From NCBI RefSeq assembly GCF_002571385.2, contig NW_019218004.1, positions 347,241 to 411,240 of the forward strand: a stretch of 64,000 nt of DNA. Direction: 5' to 3'. Below the pieces are notes generated by a model that ran no database searches, was not told where the DNA came from, and worked only from the letters and a program-made list of their open reading frames with translations. A program made the position numbers and the translations under genes. This stretch comes from Stylophora pistillata (taxonomy: Eukaryota). Of the stretch, positions 24,293 through 37,486 are shown one piece after another (positions within the stretch are counted from its first letter, which is position 1; every line of letters begins with the position of its first letter).

Positions 24293-25267
24293 ATGACGAA
24301 TTCTGCAAGTAAATCTGTGGAACAGCCGACAACTGCGGCCGTAGCAGAACCGGGTCCTGATTGGCCAGTTGCAAAGGAAATTTGGGGATTAGCATGGGAG
24401 CTACACTGGGTTGGGTTAGGGATCCTGTTTGGCTTGCTGGCCGTTCATTCCTTTGTTGCCATAGTGATGGTGAAGCATAGGAAAGGATTCGCTCGCAAGC
24501 CATTGTTTGTGGCTATAAATGTGATGCTGCTTGTGCTCGGAGTAACCAGATCCGTGTATCTGTTGTTAGATCCTTACGAATCCAGAGAAAATGGCGTGCA
24601 AGATCCACAGTGGATCACACTGCTTCTCTTTGGAATCGCTTTTCCTTGTTTAACTTCTTCGTTTTGTTTGATTCATCTGGCTTTTCTCGAGGTCACGAAG
24701 CTGAAGGTCGGTCCAAGCAAGCTGCAGAATGTGAAATTCATTTCTGTTATCATTGTAATCCACTTCATCATTGTCTTGGTTGCAGAGACCTCCGCCTCCA
24801 TGAAGCCAGAACTGGACCCCCTGTTGATAGTGTGTCAGTCTTTCTTCATTCTCTGGGGCTTACTGCTTTCTGGTAGCTTCATCTACAGTGGATGCAAGGT
24901 TATCAGGCGGGTGGAAAACGTTCACGAGCAGCTGAATTCTATCGAGAAAAACGAGCAACTGCGGAACAAGAAAGTTAAATCTGGCACGACCAAAGTGGCT
25001 AGGATAACCATTTGCACGAGTGTCCTGGGAATTGCTGTTTGCGCATTGAATAGCTATTCCATGGTGGGCGTCTACGGTTTGTACAGCAAAGTGGTCCATC
25101 CTTCTCCTTGGCCCTGGCTAGCATTTCAATCGGGATTTCGCCTCGTTGAGCTTGCCATGGCAGGTACGATAGCCTACAGTGTGATGCAACGAGAAGGGAG
25201 CACGAAGAAAGACAACATGGTGAGTGCGACCAAGGGAGTGAACATGTCTTCAAGAATTAAGTCATAA
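24293..25267 (+). CDS. PRRT3/PRRT4-like seven-transmembrane protein, paralog 3
   Basis: Same motif set (AEPGPDW, WELHW, LDPY, FPCLTSSF, KVARIT, PWPW). ATG 24293 follows the acceptor-like TTTGCAG. Confidence 0.85.
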   Translation: MTNSASKSVEQPTTAAVAEPGPDWPVAKEIWGLAWELHWVGLGILFGLLAVHSFVAIVMVKHRKGFARKPLFVAINVMLLVLGVTRSVYLLLDPYESRENGVQDPQWITLLLFGIAFPCLTSSFCLIHLAFLEVTKLKVGPSKLQNVKFISVIIVIHFIIVLVAETSASMKPELDPLLIVCQSFFILWGLLLSGSFIYSGCKVIRRVENVHEQLNSIEKNEQLRNKKVKSGTTKVARITICTSVLGIAVCALNSYSMVGVYGLYSKVVHPSPWPWLAFQSGFRLVELAMAGTIAYSVMQREGSTKKDNMVSATKGVNMSSRIKS

Positions 25268-28200
25268 ATAGAATGCGGTCTGTAATAATCATCACCCGAG
25301 ACTGTGATGGAGCTGATGGAGCTAATGGAGCTGGGTGAACGTAGTTTAATGAGCGAAATCACAAAAGTATTCAAACATGAGCGACTCTACACACTACCTC
25401 TAGCTGCATGTGTACCACATTGTAGAAATAGCGCCGATCATTACACCGTACACTCATATAAAAAGTTTCCAATCATCAATTGTTTACCCAAAATGGGTTT
25501 GCCAAACACTGCACCGAGTGAACCACGCTAAGATGCCACTTGAATTTCCGTAATATGTATGCCATGACATGACGTAACATTTTGACATTGCTTGGTGAGA
25601 AATTTTACGACGCAGTATGACTCGACATTACAGCGCATTGCATAGAAAGATATCACAGAAAATTTCTACTTGGACTACCTAAACAAGGGAACTAATGGGA
25701 GTATAAACCAAGACTTCTACTGGTTATTACAAGGCTGGCAAAGACTTAAAAAGATGAAAAGTGAGCAAAATAGGTGTCTGTTGAAAGCTAACGTACTTCC
25801 TTTCCTGGGCTTTTGTTGTTTTTACGTAAATAGAAGTTATACCCCGAAGACAATGAAAGAACGGTGAACTCATATTGGGAAGTTAATTTTTTTTGGTCAA
25901 CAATAACACCAACAACATTAGTTTAACTATGTGCGTACCCAACAACTGCCGACTAACTGGTCAACGGTGTTGACTTGAAAGCTTAGGGGAGGCAATTTGC
26001 AAGGTAGCGAGTCGTTTTTGCCCCACCACACACTTTTTTGATCTTTTATGCTTGCAGGTAGTCTAACACAGGTTTATAAAACTACCACTAGTTGAAGAAC
26101 AAATTTCTGGGCTTTTCAGAAAGGGGCATCTTGTAATAGTTAAGTAATCGTTTTAAGGCTGTTAGTAAAAGAATTTTAGAACACTCAAGCTCAAAAGTTA
26201 CCAACTTTCTTACTCTATCATGTTCGCATATATATAACGCTTTCGACACAACTGATCCTAACGGTAAACAGAACGCATGTCCTATGAAGATTAGCTGACC
26301 GTGAGTCTCAGGGGCTCAGTGGTAGAGCGCCGGTCAGAGTGCAGAATCCCAACGTGGAACCGCAGAATGTTATCTTTGACCCACAATTTGGACAAAACGA
26401 AAAAACATCTCAAAAACTCTCTTTCTCTCTTTCTGTATCTATCTTTCTTTTGAATACTTTCATTTCATCTCTTTGTTCCAAACGGAACGTTATTCATTTA
26501 CCAGAATAACGTTGCTATGACTGACAAGAAGAAATGCGTGGGTTAAAATCTGAGAATTGGATTCCATTTGCTTGAAGGGCACCCAAGATACAGATAGCGC
26601 TGTCAATTTGAAGTGCATACTGGTACTGACATAAGCGAAAACTAGGATATACCGACACTTTACTGAATTGTTACTGATTGTTGACTCTTCATTTAAAATT
26701 ATATGGAATGCTTGGTGAAGTGCAAAAATATACTTGAGAACACTAACTGTGGTGAGCTTAAGTTCACTTTCTGCCGGGGCGTCAAGTTGGATTTACAACA
26801 GATATTTCAAACGAAGGGCCACCCTCAAAGCTCCTTTACGGCACTCTCTCCAGACACAAAATACTTATGTTTTGGTGTCATTTTGTAATTTTTCGTCCGT
26901 CCATTTCCGCTCATGCAGTCTAAAGCGTAGCAGTTCGGAACGAATATTTATCAAGTAGATAAAAAAAATGGGATGACAGGAATTTCAAACCGTGCAGATG
27001 GAATCATTATCACAATCAATATTGAAGTTTTTCAAGTCATAAGAAACGAACCAGAAAGAAAGAAAAACAGTCTTCAAAGAAGATACGAACAGCATCTGCA
27101 TTTGTGTGCAGTAAAACACGCTGTCTTCAGATGGAAATGTAAGACTTGAATCATTTGATGAGGTAAGAACTTCTAATGATCGAGCGCTAGCTAGGAATAG
27201 CATTTCAAAGCGAGGAAACTCAAAAGATCAACTGAAGTCTGTCATGAAATAAGTTCAAATCAAAAAATGAGAAGCTGAAAGTAATGAAAGCATAGTGTCT
27301 CAAGGAATCAGTTATTAAGTCACAGTACTGAATCTGTTACATTGAATAATATTTTACCTGAACTAGGGTGCCGCCGATATTTTATGCTAGTCTGTAAAAG
27401 TCATCAAAAAGTGCATTAAGCAAAGCAAATAAGTCCACAGCAAAGTATATTTTGCATAGAAGTCACGATAAACTAATTCATCGGCGTAATATAATTATTT
27501 GGTGAGCTTAACGCTGGATTCTCATCATCGAAGAGAAGGACAGGTATAGAATAATCAAAATAGCTTCTGCATGTTTCCTCAAATATTCTCGACCTATCCG
27601 GCGTCATTTGAGAAAAAGTAACACTTTATATACGAAACGATTAAGATTTTAACTCTATACCCACACGGACACTTTTGAAGTTGCTGGTTCTAGAAAAGCC
27701 TGGCTCGTGAAAGAGTTCCGCTCTGTGGCTCGTTGGTACTTTTATCTGAATGCGAGAACATCCGGGAATGCTGAGGGTTGGAATTCCCACAGGAGAGCTG
27801 GCAACTTCATTTGAGTCTTACTTTCCTATCCGGGATAGCACCTCTATTTGCTAGAGCGCAGATACCATCTTAACACTAATTTTGACACAAGAAATTTATA
27901 ATTTTATAGAACCTGGTATTTCTCCTGAAATTATCAACGATCGATAGTGCTTTTGTATTTGTAAGGAAAAAGTACTTCCTTTGTTTTAACTATTGCCATG
28001 GTTTGCTATTTTTTTATAATATCTTAGCCCCGTCTTAAACACTTAACTTGTAGGGTCTTAGGTACGAATAAAATATTTGGTTAAAGTTATTTTGAGATTC
28101 TGCTGGGTAGTAATTAAGGATTCCAAATTGTTCCACCTGTGTGTGATGAGCCATGTCATTTTTAACACGAGCGTCAATCATCTTATTTAACAGAATTGAA

Positions 28201-30375
28201 TCGTGTACCATAAAACGCGAAATATGACGACCGTTATACTTTAAGAAGAAGAACCTTCCCTTTAATTTCTGTTGGTAGAGTCCTCTTTGTCTCCCCGTCC
28301 TAATTTTAACGACACAGCCTATAACTTAGTGATCATAATCTGACGGATCCGAAGTTTCACTTTATTAAATTTTATTTGACTTGGCACCTGTTCCATGAAA
28401 TCTAACTGTTTGAATATCATATATGATAATGAGTTTTCGTCAGAGAGTGACTCTATCCAAGTTTTTAACGCACACTGCGTCTTGAGAGATTAAACTTAAT
28501 TAAAATGTTTCAGTATCGCCTGAAATTAAGGAAATTGCTTTTTCGGCTCGTCCTGAGGTATATCATTCCTAGAAGTCGTTTCAATAAATTTTTTTTAGAG
28601 CGGTTAAGGAATATAGTCATTTGTTAGTTATGTTATTCCATGGGATTGTAACATGCAATGCGAAAATTAATCATTTTAACCGCTCTCCCACTGAAAATTG
28701 TTCTATAGCATGGAGGTCGTTATATTGCATGGAAGTCGAGACGTGAGGTGAATTATTTAATCAGGGAACAAAGTTGATAGGTAATGGGGCGAGCGCAGTG
28801 GGCCAATATCAAAATATTTTTCGTGTCTTTTTGTTTGTGCATAGTAAAGAATGAAGTCTTGAAAATCTAGTTAACTTTTACATTGTCACCTCTTATCTTG
28901 TTTCCCCGCCCTGAATTGTTCTAGTGATAATAATTATATCTTTGGGGAGAGATATCCTTCAAGGGCAGTGAAATATTCAATTGAAACTCTACTGTCTTGG
29001 TGCTCAGCTTTATTTATAGCCTACATCCCATGATGCATCAGCCCTCAACATCCCAGGAGAATAGAAATATGATTAAAATAGGAACTGACTCAACCGGTAA
29101 ATGATATCACTATGCTTGATGACACCCACTCTATCAGCTGGTTTTTTCCGTAGAAATATCAGAGTCGCAGAATTTTTAGGGTGGTAAGTACTGAGGAGAG
29201 CTCAGAGTATTCTTTGGATTCATTTGCTCATAGAAAGCGGTTCAAATATAACAGTGGAAAAAATTGAGAAAAATTTCTTGTTGAGGCAGATCATTTTTTT
29301 CAGCATTGTACAAACAGCTCAAAGCAGACAGCAAGACTGAGGTCAAATTTTTCCCGGAAAAAGGTTTGCCATTTTGCTCTTACCATGAACATCCTGTTAA
29401 CCTATGCTATGGGTCATTTTTGGAGCCCCTTCAAAACTTGTAAACGTAAAAGTAGATAACCACTTCTGAAACATATAGGAAAGATGATGGCCATGGGTAA
29501 CTAAGACCACAACTAAGTGCAGTCAACCAGTGTGAAAAATATCAGCGAAAAAAGCTCTTTAAAAGTTCGAGTTCCTCGCTGAGAAAGGATTACGAATCGT
29601 CATCTTAAATATGCAATTTTTTGCTTCGACGTTTCAAAATGCTGACAGAACATATAGCTACTTTATAACAGGAGTCTAGAGCGCCGGAAAAAAAAATGGG
29701 TATTTCTTTTAATGCAACGGCAAGATCGCCATGATTTAAAGAAAATACTGTTCTAAATCAGTTAATTTTTTTTTATGCCTTTCTCGAAGTTCATGCTGAG
29801 GGAGTCTTTGCGCATCCGGAAGTCATTTTTCCCAGGTGAGCTGTGAAAATTGAATAAAGAGTTTTTTTCAGCTGCTGGTAGCTGGAGATATCCGCCTTTT
29901 TGAAAATGCTTCATCACGCTCTGTTAACAATTGAGGGATCAGCGTCAAGCAGTTTGTGCAAAAAATTAAAGTTTGTCCGATTTGAAAGTACATTCAATCT
30001 TTTCGATCCTTAAAGAATTCTTGCTCTGTATCGGTTTCACTCCCATTTTGGTGTTTTTTTTTTTTTTACCTAACCAAACTAAAATTTTCTGATTGACTTC
30101 ACGTTGAAGATAATGCTACTCAGCACTTCACAGCAACAACTCTAAAAACCTACTGGAAGTTGGCAAAAACTAATTTCTAGAATATCAAACAATGATACAC
30201 TTATCTTTGCGTCCGTTATTTGCAATTTTTGTAAGTTCAAGCAAAAATACCTGATATTCAAACCACCTTTGACTCAATTCCAATCTTCAATTTCGATATA
30301 TATAGTTCTGTTTTTTTTTTTTTTTTGATTGGACTCCTTCAAAGTTCAATAAAAAGTAAAATTTCTTATTAGGTG

Positions 30376-31401
30376 ATGTCAGGCTCAACAGTGACAAACG
30401 ACACCAATGAGGTGCTCACGGAAACCTTGCCTGAACCGGGTCCTGATTGGCCAGTTGCAAGGAGAATTTGGGACTGGGCATGGGAACTACACTGGATTGG
30501 GTTTGGCATCTTATTTGGTGTACTGGCCATTTACGCATTCATTGCCGTAGCTTTCGCTAACCGTAGAAAAGGATTCGGTTCAAAGCCTTTTTTCATTGCC
30601 ATTAACTTGTTGCTGTTCGGCTTAGGATCAACTAGATCCGTGTATCTGTTGTTAGATCCCTACGAGTCGAGACAAAATGGTATCGAAGATCCAAAATGGT
30701 TGACGCTACTTCTCTTCGGAATCGCTTACCCTTGTCTGACATCAGCGTTTTCCCTGATTCATCTTGCTTTTCTTGAAGTCACTAAAATGCAGATCGTCCC
30801 GAGCAAGTTGCAGAATGTGAAATTTTTATCTGGTGTCATTTTCCTACACTTCATCATCGTTTTCATCGCAGAGACATCAGCGTCCATAAAACCAGAGTTG
30901 GACTTTCTTCTGATCGTGTGTCAGTCATTCTTCATCATCTGGGGTTTGTTTCTATCCGGTAGCTTCATCTACAGCGGATGCCGTGTCATGAACAGTGTAG
31001 AGAACGTTCAGCGGCAGCTTATTGCTATGGAGAGTAATGCACGTCCTTCACTGGGTACGACAAGCAAGACCAGTACGACAAAAGTGGCAAAGATTACACT
31101 TGGTACGAGTTTCCTAGGCCTTGCCGTGTGTGGGTTGCAGTTCTATTCCATGCTAGGTGTTTACGGTATGTACAGCAAAGCTGTCCATCCTTCTCCATGG
31201 CCGTGGCTTGCTTTTCAGTCGAGCTTTCGCTCCGTGGAACTTGCTATGGCGGGTACGATTGCTTATAGTGCAATGCAAACGGAAAGAGGGAAGACAAAGA
31301 TTAGCAGTTGGGCTGAGCGACGAGTTATGTCGACGGGAATGATCAAACCATCGCTTGTCCCAGTGGAGCTCGTGGTTCCCAACGTAGTGGCTGCTGTTTG
31401 A
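30376..31401 (+). CDS. PRRT3/PRRT4-like seven-transmembrane protein, paralog 4
   Basis: Same motif set, closest to paralog 3 with long shared nucleotide stretches. ATG 30376 follows TTATTAG|GTG. Confidence 0.85.
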   Translation: MSGSTVTNDTNEVLTETLPEPGPDWPVARRIWDWAWELHWIGFGILFGVLAIYAFIAVAFANRRKGFGSKPFFIAINLLLFGLGSTRSVYLLLDPYESRQNGIEDPKWLTLLLFGIAYPCLTSAFSLIHLAFLEVTKMQIVPSKLQNVKFLSGVIFLHFIIVFIAETSASIKPELDFLLIVCQSFFIIWGLFLSGSFIYSGCRVMNSVENVQRQLIAMESNARPSLGTTSKTSTTKVAKITLGTSFLGLAVCGLQFYSMLGVYGMYSKAVHPSPWPWLAFQSSFRSVELAMAGTIAYSAMQTERGKTKISSWAERRVMSTGMIKPSLVPVELVVPNVVAAV

Positions 31402-32592
31402 ATTTTCTGCTTGAGCTTATGTTTGTGGACTAAGACCATTTGCGATGGAGAAATTGGTTAGGTTTATTAGCCAAATTGTTAAAGACTGAGGATATGTTCA
31501 CGATACTTTAAAGAGCTCAGTCATCCTGAGGTACAATGGTTAACTTGATAAAAGTACTTAGGTGCTAACTCGAGAGAAGAAGATTTAGATTGAAGGCACT
31601 CGGATCGACAGAGTAGAAGAAGAGGGTTCAGCAATCGCTTCGCGACGGATTCTTAAGCACCTGGCAAATGCTTCCTTCTTGTAACTGCCTCCAAGGTTTA
31701 TGTCACGAGCCAACGCTCTTAAAGATGAATTTCAAACTTGAATAAAGGTAAATTGGAGGCATAGTAGAATTAGGGAACAACATGCATGAGTCAACTCTTG
31801 GTTTTTCATACGCTGAATAGTTACTCCAGTCCTCGTCGTACCAACTGCTGAGGACTTATCGGCTGTGTTCATTGGACAACGTGACTGGTTGAAAAATTAC
31901 TTGCTTTTAATAGTGTTACGAAAATGAAACTAAATCAGTAACCTTTGTTTAGCTTTGAAAAAAATTTCATCTGCATTATAAATTAGAGAACACTAACTCG
32001 AATTCGTTACTTGTTGCGCTTATATCACACGGTGTTATTTACTTCCTTCCTAAATCTCTATGGAGAAATATTGAATAAAAGGAAGAGGTATACTGTGGGA
32101 AGCTTTTAAGAAGGCAAACAGACCTTGCGAATTTTCTGCGTGAGACTTTTTGTTCAATTTTTTGTACCAAGACTAATTACTAGAGCCTAATTACTTCCTT
32201 CTTTCCGTATTGGACTCTGAATCAGTGAGGAGATCTTTGAATGTTCTCAGGCTAGTGAAAGAAAGTTTCCCTCGTACTGTGAAAGGAAAAATTATTACCG
32301 GTCAAAATTACCCCCAGAATACTGAAATTATCATTGCACAAAAGAAACTTACCAATTAATCATATCATACGAATCATTGTTCTCCGTTCCAAATTCAAAC
32401 ATTGTCATAAATATCCGTTGGAGTTTTTTCATCTTAATTTTATAAACGATTCAATGTTTTAAGAATTTGAGCTGAAGACATCTATTATTTGTAAGCTGTG
32501 TTTAGAACTTGAGTTTATATAGGCTAAGACTGCCCAAACAAGAAGTTGCCAAAATTAATGATGATTATCAGCTAATGAACTAATTAATCAAG

Positions 32593-32833
32593 TAATTTGA
32601 ATATATCAACAAAGTTGAAATGGTAAATTGGCCACCGTTACGGTTATAAAAGCTGACGTTTCGAGCGTTAGCCCTTTGTCATTCGCTCCGACGAAGGCCT
32701 AACGCTCGAAACGTCAGCTTTTATAACCGTAACGGTGGTCAATTTACCATTTCAACTTTGTTGATATGTTCAAATTATTTCGTTGCCCTCACCGACGCAG
32801 CGCCAAACAGTTTCTTTAGAAACTATCAGCCTT
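32593..32833. mobile_element. Palindromic Penelope-like pseudo-LTR remnant with opposed hammerhead motifs
   Basis: 32593-32777 is a near-perfect hairpin (~90-bp arms) followed by the pLTR terminus ..CAGTTTCTTTAGAAACTATCAGCC. Plus-strand motif at 32685-32718 has a CCGACGA core; the minus-strand copy is damaged. Confidence 0.85.
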
Positions 32834-34876
32834 AATGAATCGTGTTCATTAGTAATTTGGCTAGTTTGATAGATACATCCTGTGATATCTCCTGACCTTG
32901 TTACACTGCTCCTTCAACAACCTCGAAATCATCATCACGGCAGAATCTTGCACAAAAAACATAAAGAATCAAGTTATATCAATTTCTGAGAGGCTAGTTT
33001 TGAATAACAAGCACACGGTGTTTCAATACTTTAATCAAACTAGTCCGCAGTCCGGCTGTAATCCTTCTAAAGGTCAGATCACAAGTGTGTTTCAGAATCT
33101 AAAGTTCATGCTCCGTGTTCACCAAACAATGATAATGGCTGAAAAGTGATTAGTAAGAGCATTACTGTTACTTCGAACGTACACTGAAGAGAGACAGTCT
33201 TCACTATCTAAGGTCTTATGACGGTCTGTGCAATGTTCGTTGTAGATTGGTTTAGGTTTTTTCGATCAAAGGTGACTTTTGGTGGAGTTGCAGAGGAACA
33301 GGAAGTGTCTAGTCTCCGGTGAATTTGACCTCCTGCTTAATCGATCTCGCATGAACGGCTAAAAATAAGATGGCAATTGAATTGCGAACTTTCTTGACTT
33401 CGATACCACATCCTGTTTATGCAATTTGTCAGTTTTTTCTTCCAGAATATAACAACACGAAGCAAAGACTTCACGTTTTGATAGGAAGTTAAGGTAATTA
33501 ACAGATTTAATGAATCTCGTAATAAAGGTTGGACCTCTCTTGACCTTCACTTAGCTTGTGCATAATTAAACTTAAAGGCACTTACATGTTGTTTGCCAAA
33601 CGCACCCCTTAGGCAATATTATTTCGAATATTGTTTGAAATAAAAAACGAGCCCTTGATAAAACTAAGTACGAGTAAATAAGGGATAACGAGTATTTTTT
33701 TAGTGGTTCGCACGGCCCTGCGATCATTACAAGTCCATCGGTTCACAGCGTGTCGCAACAAGCCTTGAAAAGTCTCAGTACTCACGTGCGTCGAAGCTCC
33801 GTTTAGGAAGCTTTCAAGACTAATAGTAAATGCTTTCCGTGAAACAGAGCTTTTCGTTACATTTGAAATAAAACCTTTCCTAAATCTAGGCAACAACGGC
33901 GAAGTTCAGGAACTGTTGTATTTGTGAGCGACAAGCAGAGTCTTATAAAATTGTAATTGAGTCAACCAGCTTAATTTATTGGGATACCTTCGCGCGCTTT
34001 TGAGCCAAGAGTTTTGACAGAAAACCGCGATAAGTTTCAGTGGAAACTGGAGCAATCGCAGGATCACGGAATAGCCGAGCTTTGAAAGCAATGAACGAAC
34101 TCAGAACAGCTTCTAATTATACAGCTCTAATATGTCCAATCAATTTACAACTAATACTTCCATTCACAAGGTTTGTCGCGAAAATCGGAATAGTCTTATC
34201 ATATTCTGACTCATTCAATGAACGCCGCTTAATACTGAAGCTGTTGCTCATGGAGGCGAAATAACACACTGCAGTCACGCTACGGAAATATTGACAAATA
34301 AATTCACAATGAGGTCGATGAGGTATTTAAGAAAGAAAACTTTTTCCTTCGCTCAAATATAAAAATTCTGCAGGTGTTTGCTTTGTACTTTGAAAGCTTT
34401 TGTCTCGTCATAAAGGTCACTTCGACTGTTTTACACGCGACGTGAAGTAGATGTAACTATCCATTAGGTTTAATTAAATACAGCAACTTATCAAGAAATG
34501 AATAACACTTTCTTCAAATCAACTAACTAAAATCTACATCTATGAAAACGCTATTATTTAGTTATAAAAATGTACATTGAATGAAGACTCACAGCGTTGC
34601 CAATTTAAACACGATTATAAACTTGACGCGATTTCTCGAGCAGCCGATGAAATCGATTCTCCCACCTGGCATTCGCGATGAAACGTTCATGAATTAACAC
34701 ACTTTCAATTAGCTCTCGTCTGAATAAAATTCCATATTCAGTCGTGTGCATTCAGCGAGCAAAATCAAGCATTTGTGGCAGCTTTAATCAAGCTCAAATA
34801 CCTTAATTTCCGAGTTCAAGGACAGCAGAGAGAACCTAAGAGATTTGTGTGTATTTTGTTCATGGTTCAGGTTCAG

Positions 34877-35374
34877 CTACTCTTTTCCGGTGGTGTTTTC
34901 AGCGTTTACATCATCATACTCGCAAAGCGAGGACGTCCGTGCGTTCCTCTCTTTGTCTTTTTTCCCTTCCCCTCCTTCCTTGCTCGATTCGCTCTCACTT
35001 CTTGCTTTTTTTACTTTTCTCCTCTCCCGCCGATGCTCCGCAGTCTCAAAATGTGTCTTGTGGCTCAGAGCACCGGCCTCTGCCGCTCTCTCCAGCATAA
35101 CCGAAGCGAAGTCTTTCTTGGTCGGGTCGCCGAAATGCCTCTCGCCACTCTCTTTTCGACCTGTCTCAGAGACTTCCCATGGCGGCAAGCGGCTGACTTT
35201 CCTCCCAAGGTTCTTCTCGTACATGCTTGTCCAAACAGTGGCTTGATCATCCCTGAAGTCAGAATATTTCCGTGCGTACGTTTTCCCATACTCATGGACT
35301 GCCTCGGCTTCCCTGCTTGACATCGGTACAGCTGGAGAGTCTTCGTCAACCTGCATAGCAGGACAGTTGGCCAT
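34877..35374 (-). CDS. Hypothetical 165-aa hydrophilic, charged protein (unrecognised)
   Basis: ATG in good context (ACAGAAATGG), uninterrupted, GC-elevated relative to flanks, no transposon hallmarks. No family recognised. Confidence 0.55.
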   Translation of the reverse strand: MANCPAMQVDEDSPAVPMSSREAEAVHEYGKTYARKYSDFRDDQATVWTSMYEKNLGRKVSRLPPWEVSETGRKESGERHFGDPTKKDFASVMLERAAEAGALSHKTHFETAEHRRERRKVKKARSESESSKEGGEGKKDKERNARTSSLCEYDDVNAENTTGKE

Positions 35375-37307
35375 TTCTGTGCAAAGTTTCCGTGGAAAAT
35401 TCGCTTAAATTAAAATGCCACTCGTGAAATTAAGAGTTCCGCTGTACGACGTATCTTATTAAAATTCAGCCGCGTGTATATTGGCCTCGAGCAGTTTGCG
35501 TGACTACGTGATGTTCGCGTTTCACTTTACTTGCTATGTTTATTAAGTAATCATTGGCTCACACAAACGAAGATAATGGGTATTTTGTATTGTTACGTTC
35601 GCGAATTACAACACGTGTCAGCGATAGCTCAGCACCAGTCAAGAGGTGCTAATCGAATTAGGGGCTGGGGTAACCAAAAGAGCTTGAAATAAAGAAAACA
35701 AGGTCGTTCAAAATAACATGCTCAATTTCGCTTCATTCATATCTCGTCATATCTGATTCTTGGAAACAAATCAATTTTGTGCCTTCAAATCGCTGAAAAT
35801 TGCTCAGTGGCTAGTGCCGTTTTTTTAACTTTCTCTCTATTTTCGACGAATCACTCGTTTAGAGAGGATAATAAATGTCTGTGAACTTGCAACATTTCTA
35901 TGAATTTTGAATTGTTGTTTAGAGTCTAAAATTCACACGGTAGAGCGATTAAGCCCCTCGACAACGAGATTGGGTATCTGTATTTTCTGTGCCTGCAGGC
36001 TAAAACTTTATGCTTATGGCCGCAACAAAGATTGCAATTTCCACAACAGGGCGAAGAGAACAAAGTGGAACTGAATAATGGCATGCAAACCGCAGTCTTC
36101 CCGTTAATTGTGTGGTCAATGAATAGTTCAGATATTGGCCTATCTACGACCTCCGTAGAAGCCGGTTTCAAAAAGTTTTGCGCGTGTACAGTTCAACAAA
36201 GAACCTCTTCCGCTTAAAGATGAAATATACTGTCTTTTTTGTTATTGTTGTTGTAGTAATTGTTTTCTTTTTCTTCAAGAAAAGTTTCGCGTTTGTAAGC
36301 AATGTAGGATTCGCAGAATATCCATGAATTTCCTGAGCCGACGTATTTCGATCGGTGTGTTGAGATGATCTTACAAACTCGATTTTACTGTTCAATGTAA
36401 CCCGACTAATAAGTTGAGAAAAAGAGGTAAAGTCAAATGTTAATCACAGACTCACCCGGAATGTCGTCTTTAATTTTTCTCTACGAAAATATGTCCCCCC
36501 ACCCCCACACATCCTCCACTTACCACATACCCTCTAAAAAACACTCCTAAAATCAGAGAAAAAAAGGGGAGAGGGAGGGGGGTAGGGTTAGTCTTTCCAC
36601 AGTTTGAACTTTTGTGTGTGGTTGTTGTTGTTGCTGAAGTTTGCCCAGATGTTGTTCGTGGTTCTTTATCCAGATTTTCTTCAAGGGTTGTAAACTTGAA
36701 ATTTTTCCGTGGTATACCAAGTGTTGGAAAAATTGCGTCCGTAGTAGAGAAACAAGAGAACTACACAAAGTTGTCTTGATGATGATGATTTTAGACGGCA
36801 AGGTTTATAATCCATTCATGTGGACCAATTCATAATAGAAAAACTTCAAAACTAACCTTTTTCGCATATGAATATAAAAAATAGGCGGAGTCACTTTTAT
36901 CCTAAACACCTGGAGAGCTAGCTCTGTTTACCCCCTGCTTCCAGCTTTGCGGGACTCTTTTTTTTGTAACTTTTACCCGCTATAATTAGCACGTATTTAA
37001 CTCTTTCGAGAGAGAGAGAAAATTCTTACTAAAGGCACTGGAGCTCTCGTAGTATTTGTGTTTTTTTCAGTGGCATGGAATGAAAAGGCTTCCCCGTTTC
37101 TGGTGCAACACTATACAGACATTGCATGGATGCTTTGTGAGCTGAACCGACCCGAAGCTAGGTCACGCAAGAACAAAATTGTTTAGATACTAGACTTCAC
37201 TGATTTATGATTCATGATAGTTTAGCATATCTGAAAAAACCGAATTCAGAGAAATTTCAAAGCTGGAAATTACGAAATACGACTCTATCGAAAAGATATA
37301 AAGCTCA

Positions 37308-37338
<31 letters not shown>

Positions 37339-37486
37339 GGACAGATACGGGGACACCATGTGCAGGTTTAAATGATATTAAATCAAAATAGACTGGGGCG
37401 AGCATTCGCTGCAGAGATCTTTCTCTTTTCTATGTCGATTACTCAGCAGGAGAAATCGCCTAGATGTGGTCCAATTCCTCGCTGTA

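Noticed and set aside
33100-33360. Possible minus-strand exon after a TTTTTAG acceptor
   Set aside because: All three frames close within about 30 codons and no motif was recognised.
34775-35320. Plus-strand hydrophobic ORFs (181 aa, 133 aa)
   Set aside because: Non-ATG starts; antisense shadows of the purine-rich minus-strand ORF.
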